Shown piece after piece: positions 49,130 to 62,518 of a DNA stretch of 64,000 nucleotides. A program made the position numbers and the translations under genes. The stretch comes from Octopus sinensis (taxonomy: Eukaryota). A model generated the notes under the pieces. That model made no database searches. It was not told where the DNA came from and worked only from the letters and a program-made list of their open reading frames with translations. Location of the stretch: NCBI RefSeq assembly GCF_006345805.1, contig NC_042999.1:36890001-36954000 (forward strand), given 5' to 3'. The number at the start of each line of letters is the position of its first letter. Position 1 is the first letter of the stretch.

Positions 49130-51514
49130 TTGGTTGTGAGAAACTGCAATCAAATTTCCCTCAAATTATATCCTACATTCTTACAGGAAAAAATGTAGAG
49201 ACATTGGATATTATAGTCCTAGATATATACAATGTCCGAAAGAATAACGGGAGGGTCTTAACTGGAATGCCAGTGATCAGGTTTTTTCAAATTGTCCAGG
49301 GTTTGCCTGAAGCTGAAATAACGATGGGTAGAGAGAGATTCGAAGATGTGATTCAATAAGATTCTTTTTAACGTATTTATTTCATGAACGAATAAAAGAA
49401 ATGAATTTACAAGATAATTTGGTAGACTCATTCGAAGTCGAGTTTATGTTGTTTTCTGAATATTGCTTTCCTGCCAGAGAAATAGATTTTACAGGGTTTT
49501 TTTTTTTTTTCTCTGCCAGGAAAATTTAAAGTGTTATATACTTCGAAGCAAATTAATTTGACAGGATTGGCAGGAAAACGTGTGTATTAGAGACTAAGAA
49601 AAAACATGACACGATGGCTCGACTAACTAGATAAAATAGCCAAATCTCCCTTAAATACGCTCTATCATCTTAGAAAAGTAAGAGCACATTAGCTAATGTG
49701 GTCGTAGATACCCCTAAACAGACTGGAATGCTTTTGATGATAGGGCTGCTCGACCACGGTGAATCTGGGGCTAAACAGCTATCTCATTAATCAACGAGAA
49801 CCTGAATATGGTCGCTCGATCTGCTAGGAGCAGCAACCAAATCTCCATAAACCACATTGGATCTTTTCCTTTCACTGGGCAACTCGATTAATTAATTTTT
49901 TTTTTAACTATTTAACTAAACATTTTGAAACTTGACAAATTAGGCCTAGATATACTTCTCTAATAAAACAGAGTGGACACGACTTGAATATTTTTGATCA
50001 TGGGTTCATTTAATCAGGGCAGATTTAGCTTTAAATAACAGGATAAAGTTATTTTAGCAAGGAGATAGTCAACTTTAGAACTGTTTTCAATAAGACATTA
50101 AGATTTTCTGGTTTCCCAGCAATGAACCAAATGGCATCGTAATATACCTCAAATCCCACTGTATGTTCTCAAAAAAGATGCACTGGATAATGTAGGTCAT
50201 GCTACACTAGGCCTTTAAAAAGAAAAGAGATGGAACAGTCCATAGTATTGATCACAGGCCTCCTCAGTGAAAGCCGGCTTGAGGCTTAACAGCCTTTCTA
50301 TGGCTGTTAATATAATATAATAATCTATTCTAATATAATAACGAGAGAATGAAAAGGGAAAAAAAAAACCACAACGAAATATATACGCTTGATTTGAATG
50401 ATAAAATATGAATTATAATTTAATTAACATTAAATTTCATTTGGCATTAGTTGAATGCGAAAGGAGACCCTTTATATGCTACTTCTCAGGCTAGTAATAG
50501 CAACTAAATCTTCAAATCATTCACTACCGACTTTAAAAAAGTGGGTGGAGACACTGAACAATGTCGTAGATATACAAAGAGACAGGATGATCACAGAAGG
50601 TAGGCTTCTGCTGCTCATAGGTCTTTGCTCAGTGAAGGATGACCTGCAATTAAACACGAATCAACGCTGCTGCCGCTTGCCTTGCTAGAAATAACAGCCA
50701 ACTAACTCTATCTCAAATCATATCACAGTTTCTTTAAGAAAAAGAGAAAAATAAATAAAATTTGGTTAATGCAGTATTGGTGAGGGTTGTTGGAAAGTCT
50801 GATCACGGATCGGATCTGCTGAATTTCCCGCTGATTTGGGACTAAACAACAAACGTCAAATGAAAAATGTGGTCAAGAGAGTTCCCTCTCACCTAATCAC
50901 GTGACATATCTACTTCCTGTTGAGCGACAGAAAAATGTCTTAAATAATATCAATTAAAATTTGTAAAAATCATCTAATTAATCTTATTTGAAATGAATTT
51001 CTAGTAATTACTACATTAGTTACTTGACATTTTCACTAGGTTCTATATTAGTTATTCAAAAGATTTTTTTTTTAATGAGTTACTTAAACTATTTATTAAA
51101 TATATTTAAAGTATTTGCCATCTTCATTAAATAAAGTGGATTTTAATGAGTTTTCTATGAAATGAATTTTCTTTTCTTTTAGACGCATTTCCATTTTTAA
51201 AGTCTGAAATGATTGAAAATTTAAAAACAGAGATTCTGTTAAAGTTGTTTTACGAAATATTGCTATGTGGTCCTCTACATTCACAGGCACATATATGCAT
51301 ATGCATATCCAAGTATATACATATATTTACATACATTCATTTATATGTATATATGTATGTATATAATACATTCATATATATGTATGATTATGTGTATGAA
51401 TATATATATATATATCTCAATATTCAATTCTGTACATCACACCTAACACTCCATGCATACATATATATGTTCATACTTACATATACATACATATATATGA
51501 CTGTTTTATACATT

Positions 51515-51550
<36 letters not shown>

Positions 51551-52390
51551 CACGAGTGATTGAACAAAACTAAAGGGCACTCAGTACACACATTACTTCG
51601 GATGTTTAAGGTTAATATATTTTTATGTTAGTTACTTAAACTATTTACAAAAGGGTCTTAGTTTTAATTAAAGGGAATTTATGTGAATTTTCTCGTAACT
51701 CAACTCTTCTGTAAAATTAATTTTGATTTTAAAAGTTAGAGACAACTAGAAATTAAAAAGAATTGCGAAAATTTATTTTACCGAAATATTCTAATTACAA
51801 TTCATTAAAAATAATATGTATTCCAACTAATAAATTAACTAAGGAACAGATTTCAATCCTCTCTCCCTTGTTTAGGGCATTGACTTAGCTCATAGTAACG
51901 CTTATGTGTATTTCTCCCGTTGATACCATTGTCATAAAACAGTCATAAAACAAATATATCTTCACAACACAATACTGCTGAAAGACTTGCTCAGACTACG
52001 AATCAATAAATGAACTTCAATGTGACTGCTCGACCTGTTAAAAATAGCAGCTAAATTACACCCCCAGATCACACAATTATCTTAGAAAGGGAAGGTATAA
52101 GCAAGCAGGGGAATGGATCTCTAATCACTGGAAAGCTAAAAACAGCAGATAAATCTCCCTCGAATGATACCTTATAGCCTTAGAAATAGGTCACAAGTTA
52201 AAGAAAGGGTCATTTCCACCTGTTAGAAATAGCAGCCGGATTACCCTCAAATCACTAATTATTGTCTTAAAGCAAAGATAGGTTGCAGTTGTTGAAACTG
52301 CTGCTGCTAACATCGGACTCTCATTGCGGTCATTTGATCCGCTAGGATTAACAGCTAAACCTCTCAAATAATTCTGCTGCCTGAATAAAA
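49130..52390 (+). mobile_element. Cluster of about 10 decayed family G fragments
   Basis: Recurring TAGAAATAGCAGCCAAATCTCCCTCAAATC-like and GGGGCTAAACA-like motifs near 49130, 49620, 49815, 50120, 50485, 50680, 52030, 52140, 52220 and 52340. Confidence 0.55.
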
Positions 52391-52397
52391 AAAATAA

Positions 52398-52719
52398 GGG
52401 ATCTTTTCGGTTTGAACAGCAGTTTTTTCTAGCGGTGTCATATGAAATTGTCACCCATAATTATGACCCTAGTATCGATCTATTGCATTTCAATCTGTTT
52501 TAGGGTTAGGGGTGGGGGAAGGGTATCTTTTTTCTTCACAAATGTAAATCTGTTTCTTAAACGAGGGACATATTCATATGGCACAGAATGTTGTTTTTTT
52601 TTATCTCAATAGACGTCAGTGATTGGTTGAAATTGCAGAAATTGAAGAAAAAGAAACAACAAATATCTTACAAACCATTGAAATTATGTTAAAAACTGCC
52701 GTTCAAACCGAAAAGACCC
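52398..52719. mobile_element. PIF/Harbinger-like MITE
   Basis: TIRs GGGATCTTTTCGGTTTGAACAGCAGTTTTT / AAAAACTGCCGTTCAAACCGAAAAGACCC. Left flank TAA, right flank AAA. Confidence 0.65.
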
Positions 52720-52943
52720 AAAATAAGATATATTGGATAATGTAATGCCTCATACATCTAAATATGTACATGAATAAATAAAAATTAAAATATACGCCAC
52801 CTTGGGATTTCTTCTCTGTGTAGAGAAAAAAACATGGAAAATGACCGAGATGGCTACTTTCCAGTTCTATGAAATACTCAAATCTGTCCATAGAATGAAT
52901 AGTAGGTAATACATACACACACACACACACAAACATGTACAGA

Positions 52944-53094
52944 CAGGACCGGCCATAGAGTTGCTGACCTCCCAGGCAAGCTGAACTTCGGCGCCCTTAC
53001 AAGTATAATTTTTAAAGACTTTCACGAGAAAAACTGAAAATATAGACTAAAAAACACATGGCGCCCTGGGTGACTGCCAGAGTTGCCGGTCCTG
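52944..53094. mobile_element. hAT-superfamily MITE (151 bp)
   Basis: TIR CAGGACCGGC / GCCGGTCCTG with a perfect 8-bp TSD TGTACAGA (52936-52943 and 53095-53102). Confidence 0.9.
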
Positions 53095-53904
53095 TGTACA
53101 GAACAGTGTTGGATTGCAAGCTAAACGATCCCTGATGAGTTTTAGGAAAAACAAAACTATTTGGCTAACTTAGCTCCCCTCGTTTATACGCAGCTTATAT
53201 TTTTACAAAGACGAAACATATGGTTATTAAACATATTGCGTGTTATTTCTGTACACTTATTTTTCATAGTCACATTATTCGTACTTTTTTTTTTTGCTGT
53301 GTTTGTGTGTGTATGTTTGCACGTGTCTCTCTGTCTATATACACACATAAATACATACATGCATACATATATATATACATATACATGCATACATACATAC
53401 ATACATACATACTACATACATACATACATCATACATACATAATTCAGTAAGTTAGAGTCGAAATCACTACAATTGTTTCCACACGACGTAGTTCTCCAGG
53501 TTGGCAAGTTATGTAACTGTTTCTCTGCATTGTGAGATCTTGTTTCATCAGGTGATGTATAAATATTGCTTCCGTGTTTCGTAAACTCGAATTTTCGGCT
53601 TCAACACATCCTTTCTGTCTGTCGTGGCTATTCGAGGTAGTAGTATCCACTCAGTATATCAAAATGTGCGTTGTGGTTGAAAATCTGTTGATGAACTAAC
53701 ATGTACACATTCATCGTTCTATATAGATCTACATATATGCACACTACGTGTACACTTACATGCTCTCATCTATACATACGTACTTGAATATACTTCCTAG
53801 GACTTTACATACACACGCGCATATACGCTTCATATACCACCATCACAACATATATATATAAATCTCTCTCTCTCTCTCCTCTCTCTCTCTATATATATAT
53901 AAAT

Positions 53905-53935
<31 letters not shown>

Positions 53936-54789
53936 TAGTATATATATAATATTGTTATTGATTTGGTTGCAAGATTCTTTATATGAGTCGTGTGTTTGAA
54001 GCATATTCTCTGTGTCTGGGCGAGTCATTTTCTTTTTGTGCCTTATGATTTAATACACTCACCGGTAAAATTTCCACTGATTTATTATTTTATTTTCCTA
54101 AAATTTTCGTTGCGTCTTGCCACCTTTTCAATAGTCTTGACTCCGTCCGTTATTTACACTACGTTCCTTTTTGTTTGTTTGTGCGCATGTGTGTGGGTCA
54201 GTGTGTTGTGTGTGTGCCTATGCATGCATGTACGTGTGTATGTATGCATGTATATATGTGTCTGTATGCATATGTATATATGTATGTGTGTGGATCTCTA
54301 TGTATGTATTCTGCATATTCATGTGCTTGCATGTCCGTGTTTGTGTATTTTCTATGAATGTGTGTGTGTGTTTGTATATGTATGCACCTCTGTCTCCTTG
54401 TGTGTGTGTGTGTTTCGCAACTATGTACCATGTTTGTATGTATGGATGTGCATCTCTATATGTGTGGACCCGTGTCTCCATATGAGTCATTGTGTGGAGT
54501 AAAGTGTGTGTATATATGGTCATGTATTTCGGTCTCTATTTGCGTATGTGTGCTTGTCTGTTCTTATAACCTATGTACCTATCCCTCTGTATGTTGATCT
54601 GTTTATTTTCATATCCATATGCTTACATACAGAAACAAAAAACATGTGCATACACATACACTCACCCCCCCCACACACACACACATACATACATCTATCT
54701 ACTAACAGTCCACTAACTATTCTACTCTACCTGTGTAAACTGTGGGTATGGAAGTATGATATCTACTATGTATATTTCCTATTTAGTAT

Positions 54790-55252
54790 TGGGGAAGTTT
54801 CATTTATAAGGACGTATTCCCGTATTTGTCTGAGTGCACTTCACACACGTGAGTGTTGGGTCTTTTGGGTGCTTGGATAAAATGCGGACGTCAAGTTGAC
54901 CCAAGTTGCCTCCATGGTGGTCTTTGGCATGTTGGTAGAGTATGGAAGACTGTTTTTTGTCATCATATTGTCTCAGATGTTCATTTAGTCGTTCCGCAAT
55001 GCGCCTAGATGTCTCCCCTATGTACGTCATGTTCAATTCTTTACAAGCACCTTCTATGCATCTTATGCTGTAAACTACATTTCGAGTTCTACAGTTAATA
55101 CCAGGGCTAATCCTACATACCATGCAGTTATCATTGGTGCATATGGTATTTTCAAAGGGGTACGTCCTACATAGTTGTGATCTGACGGAGTTCCCTGACT
55201 TTTCAACAATCTTAATGTCGAGTTTGGTCTCCTTCAGAGCTTTTCTAAATCT
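54790..55252 (-). mobile_element. Penelope-like GIY-YIG endonuclease fragment
   Basis: CRTRNVVYSIRC...YIGETSRRIAERLNEH...LYQHAKDHH. Confidence 0.88.
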
Positions 55253-55700
55253 AAGAGCCATCAAATTGAACGACGCCTTTCATACCTGCGTGATATGATT
55301 GGGCAATCCCGAGACGTCTTGGAGGACAGCTCATCTTGGCAAGGATTTTGAATGGGCCTTTGTGAGGTCGATGAAGGTGATAGAGAGTAGTTGTCTTTGC
55401 TGTCGGAAAGAGGAGATTATGTCGATGGTGGAGCTTTTTGATCTGACACCGTACTGAGATTCGAGGTATACCCTCTCAGCAATTTTCTGTAGTCTGTTTA
55501 GGTCACGTGGGCAAAGACCTTCCTTACGATGCTTAACAGCGAGATACCTTGGTAGTTATTGCAGTCGCTTTTGTCCCCTTTGTTCTTATATGGGTGACAA
55601 CGCTGCAGTCTCTCATGTCTTGCGGCACTGATCGCTCCTCCCAATATCGACACAGTAACTTCGGCAAGTAGCTATGTTGAACTCTTCTTGCACATCTGAT
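55253..55700 (-). mobile_element. RTE-clade RT fragment (degraded)
   Basis: VPQDMRD...YKNKGDKSDCNNYQGISLLSIVRKVFA...STIDII...FIDLTKA...MKGVVQFDG, with frameshifts. Confidence 0.85.
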
Positions 55701-56930
55701 GTAATAAGCAGCTTATTAATTGAAAATGGTGAATACTATTTTTTTGTACATTCTTTTTCCAATTTTGTCAAAAGACATCTTATCTTGTGGAACCCTAATT
55801 TTCTTCAGAGAACGTTCAGGTTCTCGGAACCCAATTTAGGAGATTCTAGTTTAGGATATGTTGCTGTCAAGAACTTGTTCAGTCAAACGTAATACGAAAG
55901 AAGTTCCAGCCATCCCATTCTCTTTATTTTCAAGTTATATACCTGGGATTTCAGTAGTCAATGTATCCTTCGAGATATTTTTAAAGACAGTAAGATGTGA
56001 TACAGGAGAAATTTTGGCTGCTTTTTCTGGGAGAAGGAGTACTCCCGTAGAACCTCCTTCCTTCCTTCCCGTGTGTGAAGTACACTTAGGTTTGTAACGG
56101 TTCACCTACTGAATATAACTGTTTTCTGGTTCTGAATAGGAGGTTAGTGTCTTTTATATAAAGTTGACATAGGCAACCTTATTTTGAGAAGAGTCGTTTG
56201 AGACGTGGCTCATCATCCGGTGGGCTGCGCTACTGAAACATTCAAGGTAAGTTTCCCAAGGGCATGCCGTTTTGAAAGCTCCGCGGGCCACAGGTATGAC
56301 TGGTATAAAGTTTGTACAATGCGTGCGCACCACACACACACACACGAAAGGAAAGAGCACTCAACACATTTAGTAGGTATTATTTAAAACAAAGCATGGA
56401 AGATCATCGCAGATTACAGTTGTAGCGACTGCGAGAGCTTGAGATGTATGTTGTTTATTCACAAATATTGCGTTGTAGAAGACAGGTTGTTTTAATATGT
56501 AAAGTCACTGGTGAGTCTTTTGAAGAAACTGAACTTGGAAGATGTTTTTGAGGTGTCAGTTTATAGAACTCTTTGTATATATATATAAACAATTGCAGTT
56601 AGTGTAGGGCAGGATTCATGACAAACGAACTGTAGACAGTAACTTCGCTGCGGGCTAGCTAGGAAATTGGTCAACAGCGAAAGGGACTTCCGGTAGGAGA
56701 AGAAAAATAAAAAGAATGTCAATAGTGAGTGTTAAACGAATCTGAATGAATTTAACAGAAATAACTGGCGATTTAAGCCCTGATATATGTAAAGTAATAA
56801 ACCTTTAATAAATGTATTCTCGTCTCCACTAGCTTGTTTGCGTACAGCTTAACAAAGTTAAACTAGTTTTTTTTTTTCACTTGGAGGATGTAAAACTTTG
56901 CTGCTTTTCATTAGTTTCTCACCTTCTAAC

Positions 56931-56966
56931 TTTTTCTGAAGAAGGACACTGTCCGAAACGTTGGGT
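56931..56966 (+). ncRNA. Minimal hammerhead ribozyme-like motif (canonical core, weak stem I)
   Basis: CUGAAGA-A-GGAC(ACU)GUCC-GAAAC-GUU-GGG. Confidence 0.5.
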
Positions 56967-57280
56967 TTTCCGCTCCTCACAGCGGGTTAGTTCGCTGTAC
57001 TCGTCTTATCGATTTTACTACATAATATACGTCTTGCTGACGCTCACCAACATCAGCCTCTTCAGAGTCATATTATGAAAGACACACATACATATATGCG
57101 CGCGTCTGTGTGCGTGTATACACACAAATATATATATATATGTATATACACACGCAAACATACACAATGAAAGCAATAAACACAAAAAGACAACGTAGGA
57201 GAGAGGTAAGCACCCACACAATATATATTGTAAAATACGCGTTATCACTTAAACAGTGATATTTGATATTAATCGGCATG

Positions 57281-57356
<76 letters not shown>

Positions 57357-57709
57357 CTGTGTGTGTGCGTGCGCGTGAATATATATATATATGTATGTAT
57401 GTATGTATGTATAGACGCATATTTCTCACAGCATGGCTCTTTTTGTTACATTTGCCTGCGTGAACTTTTCAACCCACAGCAGAAAAGCATGTATTTTCCT
57501 GAATGGTTTCACCCACTCATGTCGAGATGTAGGTCGAGTTCAAAGGTCAAAGGTTGGAGACAGTAGGCTGGGTAAAATTTAGGGGTAACATAGGGACGAT
57601 TATTCCTTAATTTACATATATACATTGCTCTATATTTCAAGTATAATATGCAGGCGCGCGCATATACACACATAGATATGCATTATATATATATATATAG
57701 ATATATATA

Positions 57710-57766
<57 letters not shown>

Positions 57767-58025
57767 CATATATATATAATGAATTAATAAATAAAACATA
57801 TGCATATATATATATATATATATATATATAATGTAATATATATATATTGATGTATATTATTTATTTTATTCTACTGCATTATATGATATACACATATTTA
57901 TACACGTACATTACACACATATATATATATGTATATTCTAGATATGCAATATATATATATGATCCTAAATATATTTTATACTATTATATGTATTATATTA
58001 TTTTGATATTATATACATATTGTGC

Positions 58026-58059
<34 letters not shown>

Positions 58060-58783
58060 CCTATCATTCAAATATATGCATATAGTAAATTACATATTTA
58101 TAGAAATATATGACATGCATATTTATATAGTAACTAATACATGTACGGCGATCTGTCCATTTTTTCTCTTTTACTATGCTTACACATTGAAGTATAATTT
58201 CATATGAAAATATACATAATTATACATCTATATGTAAAAAGTGTATATTTTTACACACACACAATATATTTTTATAGTATATGCACAGGAACATGCACGT
58301 GTGTGCATGTTCGTATTGTTTACTTCATGAGTAATCTGGCTTATTTGATGATTACTTGGAAAACCAGAGGCGGGAACATTTGGTCTTCTACTTAGCTTTC
58401 CTTGCCTTCAAAATTACTGGGCTTTTTAAAGCATTATTTTTGTGTATTTTATTATTATTATTATTTTTTTTTTGTAATCCAGTAATTATATTATTAGGGA
58501 AAGTTGTACTGAGATATATGTTGGTTCATCGGAAGTGCGATTGAGAAAGTCCTTAGGAAGTGGCTGGGCAAACCAAATACAAAAATGAAATATAACTTTT
58601 CTAGGGTATTTTTTTTGTAATGGTACTATGGCGGAGAGAGGAATATATATAATCTACATATATATATATATATATAAATTTTTATATCAGTTTTATATAT
58701 AGAATATTTTGACTGACTGACTCTCTCTATTATATACGTGCGTGTGTCGTCTGAGACCATTAGTCAGATAAAATGCACTCGTG

Positions 58784-58789
<6 letters not shown>

Positions 58790-58814
<25 letters not shown>

Positions 58815-58871
58815 ATGTATAGTACATATTATATATATGTATGTGTGTGTGTATGTATAGTACATATATTT

Positions 58872-58902
<31 letters not shown>

Positions 58903-58925
58903 ATGTATGTATAGTACATATATTT

Positions 58926-58968
<43 letters not shown>

Positions 58969-59055
58969 AGTACATATATTTTATATATGTGTGTGTGTGT
59001 GTGTGTATGTATAGTACATATATTTTATATATATATATGTGTGTGCGTGTGTATA
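58790..59055. repeat. Compound microsatellite array with recurring GTATGTATAGTACATATATTTT unit
   Basis: About 5 units separated by (TA)n(TG)n. Confidence 0.8.
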
Positions 59056-59261
59056 TACAATAATTTGGAAATGAAAGAGCAAAAGTTTAAAAAGACAAAA
59101 GAACCATGAGATAATCATTGTTAAATAGTAAAATACGTAGTATGATATAGAAATAGAAATATAAACACAAAACTTGCGGAAGTTTAGAAAAGAAAAAGAG
59201 ATAAACTTATAAATGAAGGAGAAAGGGTAAGAGCGAATGAGAGATAATAAAATAGCAAAGA

Positions 59262-59535
59262 GGGTGAGGGTAAGAGAGAGAGATTAAGCTATTAAGGAGG
59301 GTAAGAGAGAGAGAGAGTTTAAGCTAGTAAGGAGGGTAAGAGAGAGAGAGATTAAGTTAGTAAGGAGGGTAAGAGAGAGAGAGAGAGAGAGATTAAGCTA
59401 GTAAGGAGGGTAAGAGAGAGAGAGAGAGAGATTAAGCTAGTAAGGAGGGTAAGAGAGAGAGAGAGATTAAGCTAGTAAGGAGGGTAAGAGAGAGAGAGAG
59501 AGAGAGATTAAGCTAGTAAGGAGGGTAAGAGAAAA
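59262..59535. repeat. Purine-rich minisatellite ATTAAGCTAGTAAGGAGGGTAAG(AG)n, about 7 units
   Basis: Units begin near 59284, 59318, 59351, 59393, 59431, 59466 and 59507. Confidence 0.9.
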
Positions 59536-60444
59536 AGAGAGAAATAATAAGATAGTGAAAGAGGACGACAGAAAGAAAAAGAGAAAGAGAGTAAAATAGT
59601 AAGAAGGAAGAGGGAGATGCGTAACAAAAGGGACTAAAGTTTAAGAGAGCGACTAGTTCGAGAGTGAGGATTAGTATGAGGTAGAAGGTTATAGTGATGA
59701 ACTGGAGTAAGCGGTTGATGGTTGTGAGGGAGTGAAAAAAAGGGAGGAGTATGAGGAAGGGAGCACTTATTTTCCGCCATATTTCCAAGCAGTTGATTAA
59801 ATGTAGTGGAAATATATACTTTTTCACTCTTTATCTCATGCTATCATCACTGTGGATTTTGCACTGGATTGAAATAATACATTCTGCTACTGTTTGATTA
59901 TTCTACATTACCGGGATCTAATGGCATGTATCCTATCTTTTAAAAAAAAAAGCATTCAGTGGAATTACTTATTTATTTACTCCATTTTTTTCCTTGTATC
60001 TTTTTTTTACACTTTCTTCTTCTACAAAACTAAAAACAAAAAATCGTGTGTGAAATTATAAATTTTGTTGTGTGTGTGTGTTTAGATATCGATATCATAT
60101 GCAGTCATTATTTTTCAAAGTTCTGTTTTTTAATCGATGGAAGTATACACATAACTGTAGGAAGCTTATGTTGCTCTCCAGAAGCCTGAAGAAAGTCGAA
60201 CGAGAAGGCCATAATTTTAAAGATATATCCATCCACGAGCTTTGCAATCCGGTACTCTGTAAGATATAATATATATATATATATGTATATATAACCCCTT
60301 TAATTTACTGAATATTTGTCCATTGCTATATATATATATATCGCATCCTCTTTGTATTTTTTGTATGTTTGTATTTTGTTAATGTTCGTTTCGATTTGGT
60401 TATAAAAATGCAACCGATACTGATGCAACACAGACACACACACA

Positions 60445-60485
<41 letters not shown>

Positions 60486-60722
60486 TATACATACATCATA
60501 TATATATATACATACATCATATATTATATACATACATCATATATATATATACATACATCATATATATATATACATACATCATATATACATACACATACAT
60601 TATATATATACATACATCATATATATATATACATACATACATCATATATATATATACATACATACATACACATTATATATATATATATATACATATATAT
60701 ATACACATACATACACATACAT

Positions 60723-60753
<31 letters not shown>

Positions 60754-60838
60754 CCATACATACATCATACACATATATAATATATATATACACATACATA
60801 CATACACACATATATATATATACACATACATACATCAT

Positions 60839-60890
<52 letters not shown>

Positions 60891-61420
60891 CATACATCCA
60901 TACATACACACACATATATATATATTATACAATACATATATATATTTATTTATTTATTCCTGTCGTTGTTACTAGTATCTAATAACACCAGTGGAGAGAA
61001 GCATTATGATGCCGTATTTATGATCTATCTATCTATCTATCTATCAAAAATAATGCATACATACTTTCTTGATTTTATTTGAGTCTGTTGGAATTATTAA
61101 AAAAAAAAAAATTATAATAATAGCTTGTTACAATCAAATAATTATTGTAATGAATGTACATCCTTATATATTAACAGTGTATGTGTGTGTACATATGCAT
61201 TCTCTATCTATCTCTCACTCACACACTAATCTGATGATGCAAACCTGCACAGACCTATGTATGTATGCGTTAGCAAGGGGGGAAGAATATGTAGGAAAAA
61301 ACAAGAGTTTTCGTTAGTTAAGTTGGTCAAAACATTTTTCATTTGATATTTAGAAGATTCATTTAAATTTCTTCTCATTCCACAGTGTTTTGATACATTT
61401 GTATAACTTTTAACATGTCC

Positions 61421-61481
<61 letters not shown>

Positions 61482-61893
61482 AGCATATATTGTGGTGAAT
61501 TGGTGAGAAAATATTGTAAAAAGGAACTTAGATTTAAAATCCATCATATCATTTACAATTTATGCTTTGATAAATTTCCAGATTTTTACATGAACTATAA
61601 CAGGCATTCATATAATATACGTACACAATACATAAATACATGATGTATAATATATATGCGAGAGTATATTATATATAATCAGAATCAGTAATTAATCTAA
61701 TTTCGTATGACGTTCGCCAATCAATATATTTGTTCGTTTAAATGATGTTATTACCAACTAGTGATCAAATTTCCTAATTTGATGTCTTAGATCTCCTGGT
61801 AATTCCGTTAAACTAATTGTGTGGTCAGTAGTGATTTCATAGGTGATAAAAAATTGTGCAGAATCGTGAGTGTGTGTGTATATATATATATAT

Positions 61894-61933
<40 letters not shown>

Positions 61934-62104
61934 TCGTGCGTGCACTAGTTTCAGTTACAGGATTGTGGTGATGCTAGGCAACATGCATATATATGTATAC
62001 GTATATATGATATATATATGTATATAGGTATATATATGTTTATGTATGTATATATATGTGTGCATATATATGTATATATGTATGTATACATATGAATATA
62101 TATA

Positions 62105-62445
62105 TGTATGTATATGTACATATATGCATGTATATATGTATATGTACATATATGCATGCATATATGTATATGTACATATATGCATGCATATATGTATATG
62201 TACATATATGCATGCATATATGTATATGTACATATATGCATGCATATATGTATATGTACATAAATGCATGCATATATGTATATGTACATATATGCATACA
62301 TATATGTATATGTACATGCATACATATATGTATATGTATATATATGCATGCATATATGTATATGTATATATATGCATGCATATATGTATATGTACATATA
62401 TGCATGCATATATGTATATGTACATATATGCATGTATATGTATGT
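62105..62445. repeat. 28-bp alternating purine-pyrimidine minisatellite
   Basis: TATATGTATATGTACATATATGCATGCA, about 12 copies with variants. Confidence 0.88.
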
Positions 62446-62518
62446 ATATATATCTACATATATATATGTACATATATGTATGTGTGTATATGTATATATA
62501 ATTTCTATTCCTTTATGT

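Noticed and set aside
53132-53160. Fourth hammerhead (CUGAUGA-GUUUU/AAAAC)
   Set aside because: The essential GAAA reads AAAA and stems I and III cannot be formed convincingly.
55700-56400. Degraded LINE ORF1-like region on the minus strand
   Set aside because: Only vague similarity with several stops and no zinc knuckle. It needs an HMM search.
59262-59535. CRISPR-like repeat-spacer array
   Set aside because: The spacers are only (AG)n, the context is eukaryotic, and there are no cas genes.
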